From Polyangiales bacterium (GTDB lineage: Bacteria; Myxococcota_A; Polyangia; Polyangiales; Ga0077539), in the NCBI GenBank assembly GCA_046351555.1, contig JAXLYI010000006.1:1-58283 (forward strand): DNA of 58,283 bases. Direction: 5' to 3'. Of this stretch, positions 31,149-42,974 are shown one piece after another (positions within the stretch are counted from its first letter, which is position 1; the number at the start of each line of letters is the position of its first letter). Below the pieces are notes generated by a model, which worked only from the letters and a program-made list of their open reading frames with translations, was not told where the DNA came from and ran no database searches. Both the position numbers and the translations under genes were made by a program.

Positions 31149-31679
31149 TCACCACATCAGCGTGGTCTGACATCCGCCGCACGAGAGGATCGCGCGGATC
31201 GCCCCCGTCGGCTGCATCTCGACGAGGCACCACATGCCGTCGCGCAGCCGCACGAAGGGCCCCGCGCACGACACCGCGTCGGCGTGGAAGGGCCGCGTGC
31301 AGGTGGCGTCCTCCACCCGCGCGGCGTCGAGCGGCGGCGACTCGCACCGCGCGGCGTCGCACATCGGCGCGGGGTCGTTGCAGCGGGGACAGCGGCCGCC
31401 GTCGTCGGCGCAGGTGAGCGCGGCTTCGCAGCCCCAGGTGCAGCGTCCGGCGAGGCAGCTCCACCGCCCGCCGCCGAGGCAGTGGCGAACGGTGCCGGGC
31501 GTCGGGCGCGCGGCGCAGTCGGCGGGCGCGCGGCACTCCGCCATGACGGGCGCATCGGGCGCGGCGTCGGGCGCGGCGTCGGGCGACGCGTCGATCGGGA
31601 CGTCCGCGCGGGGGCCGCCGTCGCGGGCGGCGGTGGTCGACGCGCAGCCGAGCAGGAGGGTGCAGAGGAGCGGGCGCAC
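31149..31679 (-). CDS. Cysteine-rich secreted lipoprotein
   Basis: GTG start gives the lipoprotein signal [26 protein letters not shown] linker. 16 Cys in the mature part. Confidence 0.5.
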   Translation of the reverse strand: MRPLLCTLLLGCASTTAARDGGPRADVPIDASPDAAPDAAPDAPVMAECRAPADCAARPTPGTVRHCLGGGRWSCLAGRCTWGCEAALTCADDGGRCPRCNDPAPMCDAARCESPPLDAARVEDATCTRPFHADAVSCAGPFVRLRDGMWCLVEMQPTGAIRAILSCGGCQTTLMW

Positions 31680-31721
31680 GTCGGGAGCGTACCGCCGAGG
31701 GTGCCGTGGTAGAAGCGCCGC

Positions 31722-32162
31722 GTGCTCGACCGCGTGCTCGACCGCTTGCTCCACGCGCTGCTCCTGTTGCGGGTGGTGGTGCCCGTGGGGATGCTGTCGT
31801 GGTTCGCGGGGCTGTTCGGCGCGATGATGCTCCGCGCCTCCATCACCGGCAGCCCCTTCCTCGACTCGGTGATCCTGGCGCTCGTGCCGTGGGGCCTCGG
31901 GTTCGCGGCCTACGCCGCGATCCGGCGGGCGCGGGGGCGCCGGTTCGGTCCGAGGCTGGCGCGCCCGCCGTGGTCCGCGCGGGACGGCGTGCTGGTGCTG
32001 GGCGCGGCGACGGGCGGGGCGTGGCTCATCGCCCTCACCGTCATCGCGGCCCGGAGGGGCGAGCGGGACAACGCGCTGCTGCTCGGCTTCATGGGCGCGG
32101 GCTTCGTCGCCTTCGCGGCCTCGTCGGTGGCCCGCGCCCTCCGCGAACCGGGAGCGCGGTGA
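31722..32162 (+). CDS. Small integral membrane protein (4 predicted TM helices)
   Basis: Hydrophobic segments LLHALLLLRVVVPVGMLSWFAGLFGAMML, VILALVPWGLGFAAYAAI, VLVLGAATGGAWLIALTVIAA and LLLGFMGAGFVAFAASSV. Confidence 0.4.
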   Translation: MLDRVLDRLLHALLLLRVVVPVGMLSWFAGLFGAMMLRASITGSPFLDSVILALVPWGLGFAAYAAIRRARGRRFGPRLARPPWSARDGVLVLGAATGGAWLIALTVIAARRGERDNALLLGFMGAGFVAFAASSVARALREPGAR

Positions 32163-32172
32163 CGCGGGGGCG

Positions 32173-34110
<1,938 letters not shown>

Positions 34111-34178
34111 GCCCGCGAGGGTGCAGCACCCGGGCGGCGGTGGGTATCGAAACAGTTCGAAGCGCGGCGGGGAGGCGA

Positions 34179-35021
34179 CTACGCGCCGGAGGCCCGGGCG
34201 ATCAGCGACTCGGTGAGCTCCCAGAGTCGGTCTTGCGCGGCGACGTCGCGCGCGGCGGCCGCGGCGGTCACCTCGCGGGATTTTTCGAAGTACTTGCCGG
34301 TCACCTTCTCGACGGAGGGGTCGGCGGCGACGAAGAGCGAGCACGCCGCGCCCTGCGCGGGCGTCAGCAGGAAGAGCTGGAAGATCTTCACCAGGAGCTT
34401 CGGGTAGTCGCGCACGAGCTCGGTGGCGACGACGCCCGGGTGCACGGAGTTGACGACGACGCCGGTGCCCTCGAGGCGGCGCGCGAGGGCGTTGGCGAAG
34501 AGCACGTTGGCGAGCTTCGACTGGTTGTAGGCGCGCGGGCCGCTGAAGCCGCCGCGCTCGGACTGGAGGTCGTCCCACTGCATCTTGCCCCTGAAGTGGA
34601 GCGTCGACGAGAGCACCACGACGCGCGCGGGCGCGCTCGCCTTCAGCAGCGGGAGCAGCTCGTGGGTGAGCAGGAAGGTGCCGACGTGGTTGACGCCGAA
34701 GGTGGTCTCGAAGCCGTCCCTCGTGGTCGAGCGGGCGGTGGTCCAGACGCCGGCGTTGTTCACGAGGACGTCGAGGCGCGGGTAGCGCTCGCGGAAGGCC
34801 GCGGCGAACGCCCGCACGCTGGCGAGGCTCGCGAGGTCGAGGGGCATCACCGCGACGTCGTCGCGCCCGGTGCTCGCCGCCACCTCGGCGCGCGCGGCCT
34901 CGGCCTTCGCGACGTCGCGGCAGGCCATCACCACCGTCGCCCCCTTCGCGGCGAGGCCCCGCGCGGTCTCCTTGCCGATGCCCGTGTTGCTCCCCGTGAC
35001 GATGCAGACCTTGCCCTTCAT
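34179..35021 (-). CDS. Short-chain dehydrogenase/reductase (retinol-dehydrogenase-like)
   Basis: Cofactor-binding motif VTGSNTGIGKETA, NNAG motif, and the catalytic YNQSK. Confidence 0.85.
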   Translation of the reverse strand: MKGKVCIVTGSNTGIGKETARGLAAKGATVVMACRDVAKAEAARAEVAASTGRDDVAVMPLDLASLASVRAFAAAFRERYPRLDVLVNNAGVWTTARSTTRDGFETTFGVNHVGTFLLTHELLPLLKASAPARVVVLSSTLHFRGKMQWDDLQSERGGFSGPRAYNQSKLANVLFANALARRLEGTGVVVNSVHPGVVATELVRDYPKLLVKIFQLFLLTPAQGAACSLFVAADPSVEKVTGKYFEKSREVTAAAAARDVAAQDRLWELTESLIARASGA

Positions 35022-35095
35022 GCGCCGCTCCTTGTGTCGAGGCGGCGGAGGCTACGCCGGGGCGCTGTGAAGTAGTGTGAATTCGCGCGGCGCGG

Positions 35096-35473
35096 TCAGC
35101 GGAGCTGGCAGTGCGTGGTGGCCGTGTTGCACGACCAGCCGCTCGGGCAGTCGGTGTCCCAGCGGCACTCGTTCATGTGGCAGGTGAGGACGGTGGAGGC
35201 GACCGGGTCGGGGTCGAAGCAGAGGTTCATCGCGGTGTTGCAGTGGCCGCCGTCGGGGCAGTCCGAGTCCCAGTTGCAGCGGGTCGTGGTGATGCAGTCG
35301 TTCGCGCGGGCCATGGGGGCCGCCTGCATCGGCGCGGGGGCCGCGGCCGCGGGGGCGAAACCGGGCGCGCCGACGGGGCGGGTGCCGGGCGGGGGCATCA
35401 TGCCGAAGCACCCCGAGGCGAAGGCGGCGACGAGCGACGAGATGGCGAGGAGGGTGCGGGGCGAGAGCTTCAT
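35096..35473 (-). CDS. Small Cys-rich lipoprotein with an internal duplicated C(R/N)WD(S/T)DCP.G..CNTA module
   Basis: Signal/lipobox MKLSPRTLLAISSLVAAFASGC. Two copies of the CNWDSDCPDGGHCNTA / CRWDTDCPSGWSCNTA module. Confidence 0.55.
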   Translation of the reverse strand: MKLSPRTLLAISSLVAAFASGCFGMMPPPGTRPVGAPGFAPAAAAPAPMQAAPMARANDCITTTRCNWDSDCPDGGHCNTAMNLCFDPDPVASTVLTCHMNECRWDTDCPSGWSCNTATTHCQLR

Positions 35474-35692
35474 GGCGTTCGTGGTCCTTTCGGGGCGCGG
35501 GCAGGTCACGGCCTCCGCCCGATGCTCGGGGGAGGCGCTTGCTGTCGCCCTCGGGTCTCCCTCAGTGCAGCCCACGGGCCAGCGCAAACACCTCGAAAAC
35601 AGCCCGATTCGCGCATCGCGGGCGGGGCGCGTCCGCCTCGAGGCGGGGCGGCGGCGCCCCAGCGCGGAGCCCCGCGGGCGTATGCTCGCGCG

Positions 35693-36199
35693 ATGAGCAC
35701 CGAGCCGAAGCCCGACGCCGCGCAGGAAGAAGAAGGCACGCCGCTGACGCCCGGCGGTCGGCGGGCCCTCACGGGGTTCGTGGTCGCGGTGCTGGCCTTC
35801 GTCGGCTGGTACTTCGCGCAGAGCCCGATGTTCAAGCCCACCATCACCACCGTGGCGCTGACCGGCATCGGGCAGCCCGGCGAGCAGGCGGTGGCCCTCG
35901 CCGGCGGCACGCGCATCGGCTTCGGGATGCGCGCGGAGGACTTCTCGTACGCGGGGCCCGACTACGTGGTGATCCGCGTGGAACTCCTCCGCGAGGGCCG
36001 CGCCGTCGCGACGATGCGCTGCCGCACCTTCGAGCTGGAGGGCGACGTGGGCAGCGGCAGCGGCGTGACGCAGTACAACTCCGACTGCCAGATGGGCGTG
36101 CCCGCGGGCGGCGCGACGGCCATCCGCGCGGTCGCCTCGCAGGAGGGCGAAGGGACGCTCCGGCTGAGCGGCGTCACGCTGCCGGTGTACCGGCCCTGA
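35693..36199 (+). CDS. Hypothetical membrane-anchored protein
   Basis: N-terminal TM helix LTGFVVAVLAFVGWYFA followed by a soluble domain. Clean ORF. Confidence 0.5.
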   Translation: MSTEPKPDAAQEEEGTPLTPGGRRALTGFVVAVLAFVGWYFAQSPMFKPTITTVALTGIGQPGEQAVALAGGTRIGFGMRAEDFSYAGPDYVVIRVELLREGRAVATMRCRTFELEGDVGSGSGVTQYNSDCQMGVPAGGATAIRAVASQEGEGTLRLSGVTLPVYRP

Positions 36200-36214
36200 C
36201 GGAGCGTTCGCGGG

Positions 36215-38062
36215 TCAACGCGGCAAGGACAGGAGGCGCCGCGTCGCGCCGCCGGGGACGCCCGCCGCGGTGGAGGCGAGCCACACGAAGTTGTCGACGT
36301 AGCCGCCCCCGTCCGGCCGGGTCATCTGGTCGAGCACGACGTCGACGAACCCGTCGCGGTTGTGGTCGCCCACGGCCAGCGTGTTCAGCGCGACCACGGC
36401 GCCGTCGTTGGCCCGGTACGACGCGACGCGGTCGAGCCGGAGACCGCCCGCGCTCCCGAGGAGCGTGTCGACCCCGTAGCCCTCCGTCGCGTTGACCGAG
36501 CCGGCGAGGATCACGTCGGCGTACCCGTCGCCGTTCGCGTCGGCGGCGGTGGGGTAGAGGGACGTCGCCCCGGGCGCCGGGAAGAAGGTGACGCGCGAGG
36601 CGGAGAGGCCCTCGGGGGAGCCCGGGAAGATCGCGACGCAAGCGCCCAGCCCGCGCGTCTGGAACGCGGCCGCGGCGTCCGCGTACCCGTCGCCGTTGAA
36701 ATCGCCCGTCGCGGCGACCTTGCCAGACGCGAAGACCCCGGCCGCGCACGCGCCCATGCCCGACGGGATGACGGGCAGCAGCACACCCTCCGCGAGCCCG
36801 CCGGGCGTCCCGCGGTACGTCGCGATGAAGATGCGCGCCCCCATGTACAGCGGCAGCGGGTCGCTGTTGTCCCAGACGATCGCAACGTCCTCGAGGCCGT
36901 CGCCGTCGAAGTCCGCCACCGACGGCACCGTGTTGGTGGCGCTCGGCGCCGGGGGGAACGCCCGCGCCCGCGGCGCCCCGAAGCCGCCCCCGTCGACCCC
37001 GGGGAACTCGATCACCTGCCGGGAGACGAGCGAGCACACCAGGTCGGTGCGACCGTCGCGTTCGAAGTCCCCCGACGCGCAGCCGGGGTAGTCCGACTCG
37101 CTCCCCATCGCGCCCGCCGTCGGCGCCGCGGTGAAGCGCGCCGAGGAGAGGCCCGACGCGCTCCCCGGGTACAGCAGGGCCGTGTCGGAGGTGAGGAAGC
37201 GGTAGTCCGTGAAGCCGTCGTTGTCGTAGTCCCCGACGGTGACGCCGAGGTAGTCGGCGCGCGCGGGCGCGGTGAGCCTCGCGTCGGGGGCCGCCGCCAG
37301 GCCCTCGGCGCCCCCCATCCAGAGGTCGAGGAGGTTCGAGCTCCGGTAGAACGGCGTGTAGCGCTGCATCGCGAAGTCCGCGTAGCCGTCGCCGTTGAAG
37401 TCCGTCGCGGGCGCGCCCACCGTGTCGACCGGCGCGGAGCGCGGCCCGACCGTGAAGCTCCACGTCGCGCTCGGCGCGAGCCCGGCGCCGCCCCCGCCGG
37501 CCCCGAAGGCGCGCCAGAAGTACACGCCGGGCGCGAGGTCCGCCGCGGGCCGGGCGCTCTCGCCGCGCGCGACGCCGAGCGCCGCGACGGGCGCCGCGCA
37601 GCCCCGCTCGCGGCAGAGCTCGACGCGCGCGCCCTCCGCCCCCGCGGCGAGGGCCCACCGCAGCGTAGGGCGCCGCGACGTGACGGCGTAGCCCGACCGC
37701 GGCGCCACCAGCCGCGGCGGCGGCAGCGCCCGGCACGCGCCGTCGACGAAGCCCTCCCCCGCGGGGCAGCCCGCCGGCGCGTCGGGCGCGACGTCCGGCG
37801 CGACGTCCGGCGCGACATCCACAGCCGCGTCGAGCCCGACGTCCGCGGGCGCGTCGGCCGCGGTGACGTCCACGGGCGCGTCGGGCGGCGCGACGTCACC
37901 GGGCGCGTCGGGCGCGGCGTCGCGGACGTCGTCGCGCACGGCGACGTCGCTCACGGGCATGACGTCGGACGTCGCGCCGTCGGCCTCCCGCGCGAGGGGG
38001 ACGGGGACGGTACAGGCCAGCGCGGTCGCGCCGAGCAGCGGCGGCAGGAATCTCATCATCAC
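36215..38062 (-). CDS. Secreted FG-GAP (integrin-alpha-like) repeat protein
   Basis: Signal peptide. A DVAP/DAPA-rich linker. At least six FG-GAP/VCBS repeats (DFNGDGYAD, GDYDNDGFTD, ADFDGDGLEDV, GDFNGDGYAD, ADANGDGYADV, GDHNRDGFVDV). Confidence 0.8.
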   Translation of the reverse strand: MMMRFLPPLLGATALACTVPVPLAREADGATSDVMPVSDVAVRDDVRDAAPDAPGDVAPPDAPVDVTAADAPADVGLDAAVDVAPDVAPDVAPDAPAGCPAGEGFVDGACRALPPPRLVAPRSGYAVTSRRPTLRWALAAGAEGARVELCRERGCAAPVAALGVARGESARPAADLAPGVYFWRAFGAGGGGAGLAPSATWSFTVGPRSAPVDTVGAPATDFNGDGYADFAMQRYTPFYRSSNLLDLWMGGAEGLAAAPDARLTAPARADYLGVTVGDYDNDGFTDYRFLTSDTALLYPGSASGLSSARFTAAPTAGAMGSESDYPGCASGDFERDGRTDLVCSLVSRQVIEFPGVDGGGFGAPRARAFPPAPSATNTVPSVADFDGDGLEDVAIVWDNSDPLPLYMGARIFIATYRGTPGGLAEGVLLPVIPSGMGACAAGVFASGKVAATGDFNGDGYADAAAAFQTRGLGACVAIFPGSPEGLSASRVTFFPAPGATSLYPTAADANGDGYADVILAGSVNATEGYGVDTLLGSAGGLRLDRVASYRANDGAVVALNTLAVGDHNRDGFVDVVLDQMTRPDGGGYVDNFVWLASTAAGVPGGATRRLLSLPR

Positions 38063-38109
38063 CTCCGACGAATGAATGCACGCAGCCCCGCCGCGCCCAT
38101 CGAAAATGT

Positions 38110-38837
38110 TCAGCGCGCCGCCGCGAGCATCGACCGCACGCGCGCCGCGTACGCGCTGCGCGGGTAGCGTTGGAGCAGCGCCTCGGCCCGCGCGCGCATC
38201 GCCTCGGCGCGGCCGAGCCGCCGGAGCGCGTCGACCTCGAGGAAGGCGCGCTCCTCGGCGAGCGCCCCGCCGGGGCAGTCGCGGTCGTACGCGGCCAGGC
38301 GGCGCAGGACTCCGCGGGGTCGACGGCGAGCGCGCGGCGGGCGTGGTCGAGCAAACGGTCCTCGCGGGCGAGCGGGTCTTCCTGCGCCGCGGGCGCGGCG
38401 GGCGGCGGCGCGGGCGAGGGCTCGGCGCGCGGCGCGGCGGCCCGTGGCGGCGGGCGCGGCGCGCGCGGCGGGGGCGACGTCTCGGGCGGCGGGCGCCTCA
38501 CGCGTCGCCGGGGGCGCGGCGGCGGCGCGGGGCGACGCGGGGGCGCGCGGGGCGGGGCGCGCGGCGGACGTCGGGCGCGCGAGGGCGCGGGGGCGCGCGC
38601 GACGGCGACCGCGACGGCGCCCGCGAGGCCGACGGCGGCCGCGGCGGCGAGGCCCTTCGCCCAGAGGCTCGCGGCGGTGGCGAAGAGTGGCGCGAGCGCG
38701 AGGCGCTCGACGTGGCGGCGCGAGCGCGCGCGGGCGGCGGGGCCGAAGTCGGGCGCGGCCTTGGCGACGCGCAGCAGGGCCCGCACCTCCGGCGGCGCGC
38801 CCGTCGCGTCGTCGCGCCAGCGCCTCGGATCGCTCAT
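38110..38837 (-). pseudogene. Anti-sigma factor cognate to the upstream ECF sigma, interrupted by a -1/+2 frameshift near 38320
   Basis: The N-terminal part (MSDPRRWRDDATG...) with a TM segment and Pro/Arg-rich spacer is in one frame. The typical C-terminal region (...LRRLAAYDRDCPGGALAEERAFLEVDALRRLGR...YPRSAYAARVRSMLAAAR) is in another. The junction lies at a GGGG run. Its start overlaps the sigma-factor stop (ATGA). Confidence 0.5.
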
Positions 38838-39403
38838 GGCACACCTCCCAGCCTTCCCCGCGCCCACAGCCGTTGCGTCGCCTGCTCGACGGCCTTCCGC
38901 GCGGCGTGGAGGCGCGAGTACACGGTGCCCACCGGGACGCCGGTGAGCGCCGCGATCTCGTCGCAGGTCATCTCCTCGAGTTCGAACATGACGAAGGCCG
39001 CGCGCTTCTCCACGTCGAGCCCGTCGAGCAGGGCCTGGAGCCGGGCGCGCGCCTGCGCGGCCATCGCGGCCTCCTCGGGGCCGTCGGGGCCCTCCCCGCG
39101 CGGGTCGGGCACGATCGCGACGGGCGCCTCCCGGCGGCGCCACGCGCGGCGGCGCCACCCCGACGCCACGCGCACGCAGACGCCGTAGAGCCAGGTGGTG
39201 ATGCGCGACGAGCCGTCGAAGGTGTGGAGCCGCTGGTGCACCACCACGAACACCTCCTGCGAGACGTCCTCGAGGTCGACGTCGCGCACCCCCATCCGCG
39301 CGAGCGTCACCCAGATGAACTGGGCGTGGCGCTCGTGGATCGAGACGAGGTCGAGCGCCTCGTCGCGGTCGGGGGCGCCCTCGGCGGCGGTCACGGAAGG
39401 CAT
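38834..39403 (-). CDS. ECF-family RNA polymerase sigma factor (sigma-70 regions 2 and 4)
   Basis: Region 2 reads HAQFIWVTLARMGVRDVDLEDVSQEVFVVVHQRLHTFDGSSRITTWLYGV. Region 4 reads MTCDEIAALTGVPVGTVYSRLHAARKAV. Confidence 0.85.
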   Translation of the reverse strand: MPSVTAAEGAPDRDEALDLVSIHERHAQFIWVTLARMGVRDVDLEDVSQEVFVVVHQRLHTFDGSSRITTWLYGVCVRVASGWRRRAWRRREAPVAIVPDPRGEGPDGPEEAAMAAQARARLQALLDGLDVEKRAAFVMFELEEMTCDEIAALTGVPVGTVYSRLHAARKAVEQATQRLWARGRLGGVP

Positions 39404-39441
39404 CGTCAGGGGGAGTGAATGCACGCGCCCCGCCCGGCCCT

Positions 39442-40518
39442 TCAGCGAAACGACAGGCCCGCGCTGAGCGCGGCGAAGCCCCCGACGGGCGACTGCTCGT
39501 AGGCGGCCTCGGCGCGGCCGGCCACGTCGTAGCGGTGGCGCGTCACCGGCACCACCGCGCCCAGTTCGCCGGAGAGAACCCACGGCCCAACCAGCGTCGC
39601 CGTCGCGCGCAGCGACGCCGCCGCGCCGACCCACGCCCTGTCGCCGGGGAGGTCGGGGAGCGGGCGGTACACGACGGCGTGCATCCCGCCGACGGCCACG
39701 CCCGCGCAGCCCGCGAGGGCGCCGCGCGCGCCGCGGGCGACGTCGACGCAGCCCTGGAGCGTCACGGCCGTGAGCCCGAAGGCGAACCCGTCGTCGCCCT
39801 GCCCCGTGCGGCTCTCGGGGAGGTAGGCCACGCCGAGGCCCCACCCGAAGCGCCCCGCGAGCGGCGCCCCCACGCGCAGCAGCACCCCCGGGGCGGCCCC
39901 GGGCAACAGCCCGACGCTCACCAGCGCGCCCACCGCGACCTCGAAGGGCTGCGCGCGGGGCACGCGCGCGGGCGCGTCGGGCGGCGCGGGCGAGGGTGTC
40001 GCAGCGCGCGGCAGCGCGGGTGAAGGGACGGGGGTCACGAGCGCCGGGGCGGGCGGTGGAGCAGGCGGTGGGGCGGGGGTCGCGGGCGGGGAGGGCGCCG
40101 GGGCGGCGGGCGGGGGCGGGTCGCGCGGTCGGGTGGCGGCGTCGGGGTCGATCATCAGCGCGACGGCGAGGGTGGCGGCGCCGACGACCGGCTCGCACGC
40201 GGCGCTGGTGCTCGACAGCGAACGCGCGCCGAGCAGCGCGCCCTCCCGCGTGCGCAGGTAGAGCTGCACCGTCCACGCGTCGCCCGCGCGGGCGACGGAC
40301 CCTTCGAGGGGGCGCTCGCCGGCGTCGGCGGAGGGGTCGCGCCCGAGGCGGGCCCGCACGGCGTCGGTCAGGGCCGCGGCGTCGGCGCAGGTCTCCGCGC
40401 CCTCGCCGCGCGTCCAGCCGAGGCGCACCCCCGACGGGTCGGCGGCGGCGGCCGCGGGCACCGCGAGGGCGGCGAGTGACGCGCGGAGCGTTGCGGCGAA
40501 GGGGAGTCCGCGGGGCAC
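39442..40518 (-). CDS. Secreted hypothetical protein
   Basis: Signal peptide MPRGLPFAATLRASLAALAVPAAAAA. A Pro-rich low-complexity centre and a Gly/Ala-rich C-terminal half, possibly a beta-barrel. Confidence 0.5.
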   Translation of the reverse strand: MPRGLPFAATLRASLAALAVPAAAAADPSGVRLGWTRGEGAETCADAAALTDAVRARLGRDPSADAGERPLEGSVARAGDAWTVQLYLRTREGALLGARSLSSTSAACEPVVGAATLAVALMIDPDAATRPRDPPPPAAPAPSPPATPAPPPAPPPAPALVTPVPSPALPRAATPSPAPPDAPARVPRAQPFEVAVGALVSVGLLPGAAPGVLLRVGAPLAGRFGWGLGVAYLPESRTGQGDDGFAFGLTAVTLQGCVDVARGARGALAGCAGVAVGGMHAVVYRPLPDLPGDRAWVGAAASLRATATLVGPWVLSGELGAVVPVTRHRYDVAGRAEAAYEQSPVGGFAALSAGLSFR

Positions 40519-40527
40519 CGCCCGAGC

Positions 40528-41775
40528 CTACACCGTCGCGGGGCGGGGGCGGAGCGCGCGCGCATACCGCACGACCTCGGGCGTCGCGGCGTATGCGCGC
40601 ACCGCGCCGCCGGCGAACGCGCGCCAGCCTGACGGCGCCGCCATGAGCGCTGCGGCCACCGCCGCCACCGGGAACGCCGCGAGCGCGTCGCCGCGCGCCG
40701 GGGTGAGCTCCTCCTCGCTCCCGTCGAAGAGCCCGCGCCGCCGCGCCACGTCGGCGAGCGCCCGCGCGACGTCGCGCCGCTGCCCCCTCGCCCGCGCCGC
40801 CGCCAGCAGCGCCTGCAACGCCATGTGCGTGCGCACGCCCGCGCGGCCGGTGGACACGCCGCCCGGGGCGCGGCCGAGGCTCACCGCGACGAGCAGCGCC
40901 GGGAGGTTGAGCCCGGCGGCGAGCGCGTTGCCCGTCTCGACGAGGCGGGGATTGCCGTCGATGAACCAGGGCCCCCCGGCGCCGTCGAGGATGAAGTCCA
41001 GCGAGAGGCCGCCGTGCCACCCGAGGCGCGCCCCGAGGCGCTCGACGTGCTCGCAGACCACCGCCGCGTCGAGCGACTCCTTGGCGATGTCGCCGCCGCC
41101 GACGCCCTCGCGGCGCTGGACGCACGCGTGCAGCCCCGCGAGCCGGCCTCGGTCGAACACGGCCTGCGCGCGCCCGAGCGCCCCCTCGACGAGCCGCTGC
41201 ACGACCGCGCCATCGCCGAGCGCCCCGCGGAGCGCGACGACGGCCGCGTCGAGCCCGCGCGCGTCGTCGACGCGGAAGGTGCCCGCGGTCGCGGTGCCGA
41301 ACGCCGCTTTCACGTACACCGGCAGCGGGCGCGCGGCGCGGCGGAGCGCGGCCTCGTCGAAGGCGACCTCGGTCGGCGGCGCGGGCGCCCCGAGCTCGGC
41401 GAGCAGGCCCGCGAAGGCGACCTTGCTCTGCACGCGTTCGAAGGCGTCGAAGTCGGGCAGGGCGAGGGCCGCATGCGCCGCGAGCTCGTCGCGCACGGCG
41501 GCGAAGAGGTAGGCTTGCTCGTGGGCGGGGTAGAGCGCGTCGAAGGCGCCGCCGCGCAGGGCGTCGCGCGCCGCCGCGAGGTAGCCCGCGGGGTCGTCGC
41601 CGAAGCGCGGCGCCGGGCGGACGCGCGCGCACCGCGAGGAGAAGCGCGCGAGGCAGAGGGGCGCGCCGTCGAGCACCTCGACCCGGCAGCCGGCGAGGCC
41701 GAGCGCGGTGAGCGACTCGCGCGCGGAGAGGCTCGACCCCTCGGACATCAGCACCCGGACGCCCGCGAGGTTCAT
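40528..41775 (-). CDS. ATP-grasp domain protein
   Basis: ATP-grasp fold hallmarks (VYVKAAFGTATAGTFRV, VVQRLVEG, SLDFILDGAGGPWFIDGNPRLVETG). Start trimmed to MNLAGVRVLM. Confidence 0.7.
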   Translation of the reverse strand: MNLAGVRVLMSEGSSLSARESLTALGLAGCRVEVLDGAPLCLARFSSRCARVRPAPRFGDDPAGYLAAARDALRGGAFDALYPAHEQAYLFAAVRDELAAHAALALPDFDAFERVQSKVAFAGLLAELGAPAPPTEVAFDEAALRRAARPLPVYVKAAFGTATAGTFRVDDARGLDAAVVALRGALGDGAVVQRLVEGALGRAQAVFDRGRLAGLHACVQRREGVGGGDIAKESLDAAVVCEHVERLGARLGWHGGLSLDFILDGAGGPWFIDGNPRLVETGNALAAGLNLPALLVAVSLGRAPGGVSTGRAGVRTHMALQALLAAARARGQRRDVARALADVARRRGLFDGSEEELTPARGDALAAFPVAAVAAALMAAPSGWRAFAGGAVRAYAATPEVVRYARALRPRPATV

Positions 41776-41822
41776 CGCGCGGGCGTATCGCGCGGGGGCG
41801 CGGGCGGCGTCAAGCGCGCGAC

Positions 41823-42860
41823 TCAGCGCCGCACGTGGTTCACGCCGTCCTGCGTGAAGCCCGAGAACGGCAGGCACGTCTGCGTCGCCGCGAAGCCCGG
41901 CGCGAGGCGAAACTGCACGCACGTCGCCCGGTCAGGCCACGACACCACCGACGCCTGGCCGCCGCCCCAGAGGGTCCCGCGGTCGAAGCCGTTCCAGCGG
42001 GCCTGGGCGTCGAAGACGAGGCTGTCCTGGTGCCACCCGCCGCCCGCGTCGGTGTAGAGCCCCGAGGCCCACTCGCCGGAGTTGAAGCCCCAGTTGGTGA
42101 GCAGCTCGCCGAGCGTGAAGCGGTTGGCCGTCACGGTGAAGGTGGCCCCGCTCGCCACGCTCGACGCGAGCTCGAGGTGCGACGGCGGGATCGACACCGG
42201 CGCCCCCGCGTCGCAGAAGCCCAGCACCGCGCCGACCGCGAACGCGCCGGGCATCACGTTGACGTCGACCGACGCGCCGGGCGCGAGCGGGTTGGCGCAC
42301 GAGCGAACCTGCGCGCCGTTCACCACGAGCGAGACGACGTCGTACTGGTTGCTGTTGACGACGCGGACGCGCGTCGGCGGCGGCGGGGGCGGGGGCAGCG
42401 GCACCACGAAGTCCGCCGGGCTCTCGGCGAAGCTCCCGAGCGCGTCGGAGAAGCGCACGCGGCCCGTCGCGGCGCCCGCGGGCACCGTCACCGCGAGCTC
42501 GGTCGACGACACGAGCTGCGGGCCCGCCGCGGCGACGCGCGCGCCGCCGGCGCCCGCGAAGGTCACCGCGTACCCGACGCCGACAGAAAGGCGCCCGGTG
42601 CGGCTGCGGTCGAGCCAGGCGCCGCGGATCGTGATGCGCGCGCCCGCGGCGGCGCTCGACGGCGTGAAGCCCGTGATGGTGGGGCGCGCGACCTGGAGCT
42701 GGAGGTCGTTGAGGTTGCCGACGGTGGTGATGGGGGCGACGGCGTAGGTGAGCGCCTGCGCGGCGGAGGCGACAGGCGCGTCGCCTTCGGGCGCGTCGGG
42801 CGCACCGGCACAGCCGAGGGAGAGGGAGAGGGCGGCGAGGAGGAGGCGCTTGTGGTTCAT
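41823..42860 (-). CDS. Lipoprotein with an IPT/TIG-like beta-sandwich domain
   Basis: Lipobox LSLSLGCAG. TIG-like segment PTITGFTPSSAAAGARITIRGAWL. A poly-Pro linker. Confidence 0.6.
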   Translation of the reverse strand: MNHKRLLLAALSLSLGCAGAPDAPEGDAPVASAAQALTYAVAPITTVGNLNDLQLQVARPTITGFTPSSAAAGARITIRGAWLDRSRTGRLSVGVGYAVTFAGAGGARVAAAGPQLVSSTELAVTVPAGAATGRVRFSDALGSFAESPADFVVPLPPPPPPPTRVRVVNSNQYDVVSLVVNGAQVRSCANPLAPGASVDVNVMPGAFAVGAVLGFCDAGAPVSIPPSHLELASSVASGATFTVTANRFTLGELLTNWGFNSGEWASGLYTDAGGGWHQDSLVFDAQARWNGFDRGTLWGGGQASVVSWPDRATCVQFRLAPGFAATQTCLPFSGFTQDGVNHVRR

Positions 42861-42974
42861 GCCTCCGCTCATCGCAGCGGGCGTGCCGCGCGGGATTCCG
42901 GGGACTCCGCGCGCGGAGCGTCGGGCGCGGCGGACAGGGGCCCGCGCGGGGGTGTCGGGCGGAGCGGACAGGGG

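Noticed and set aside
38110-39158. Two separate small genes in place of the anti-sigma factor
   Set aside because: The two frames carry the N- and C-terminal halves of one typical anti-sigma architecture joined at a homopolymer. A single frameshifted gene is more parsimonious.
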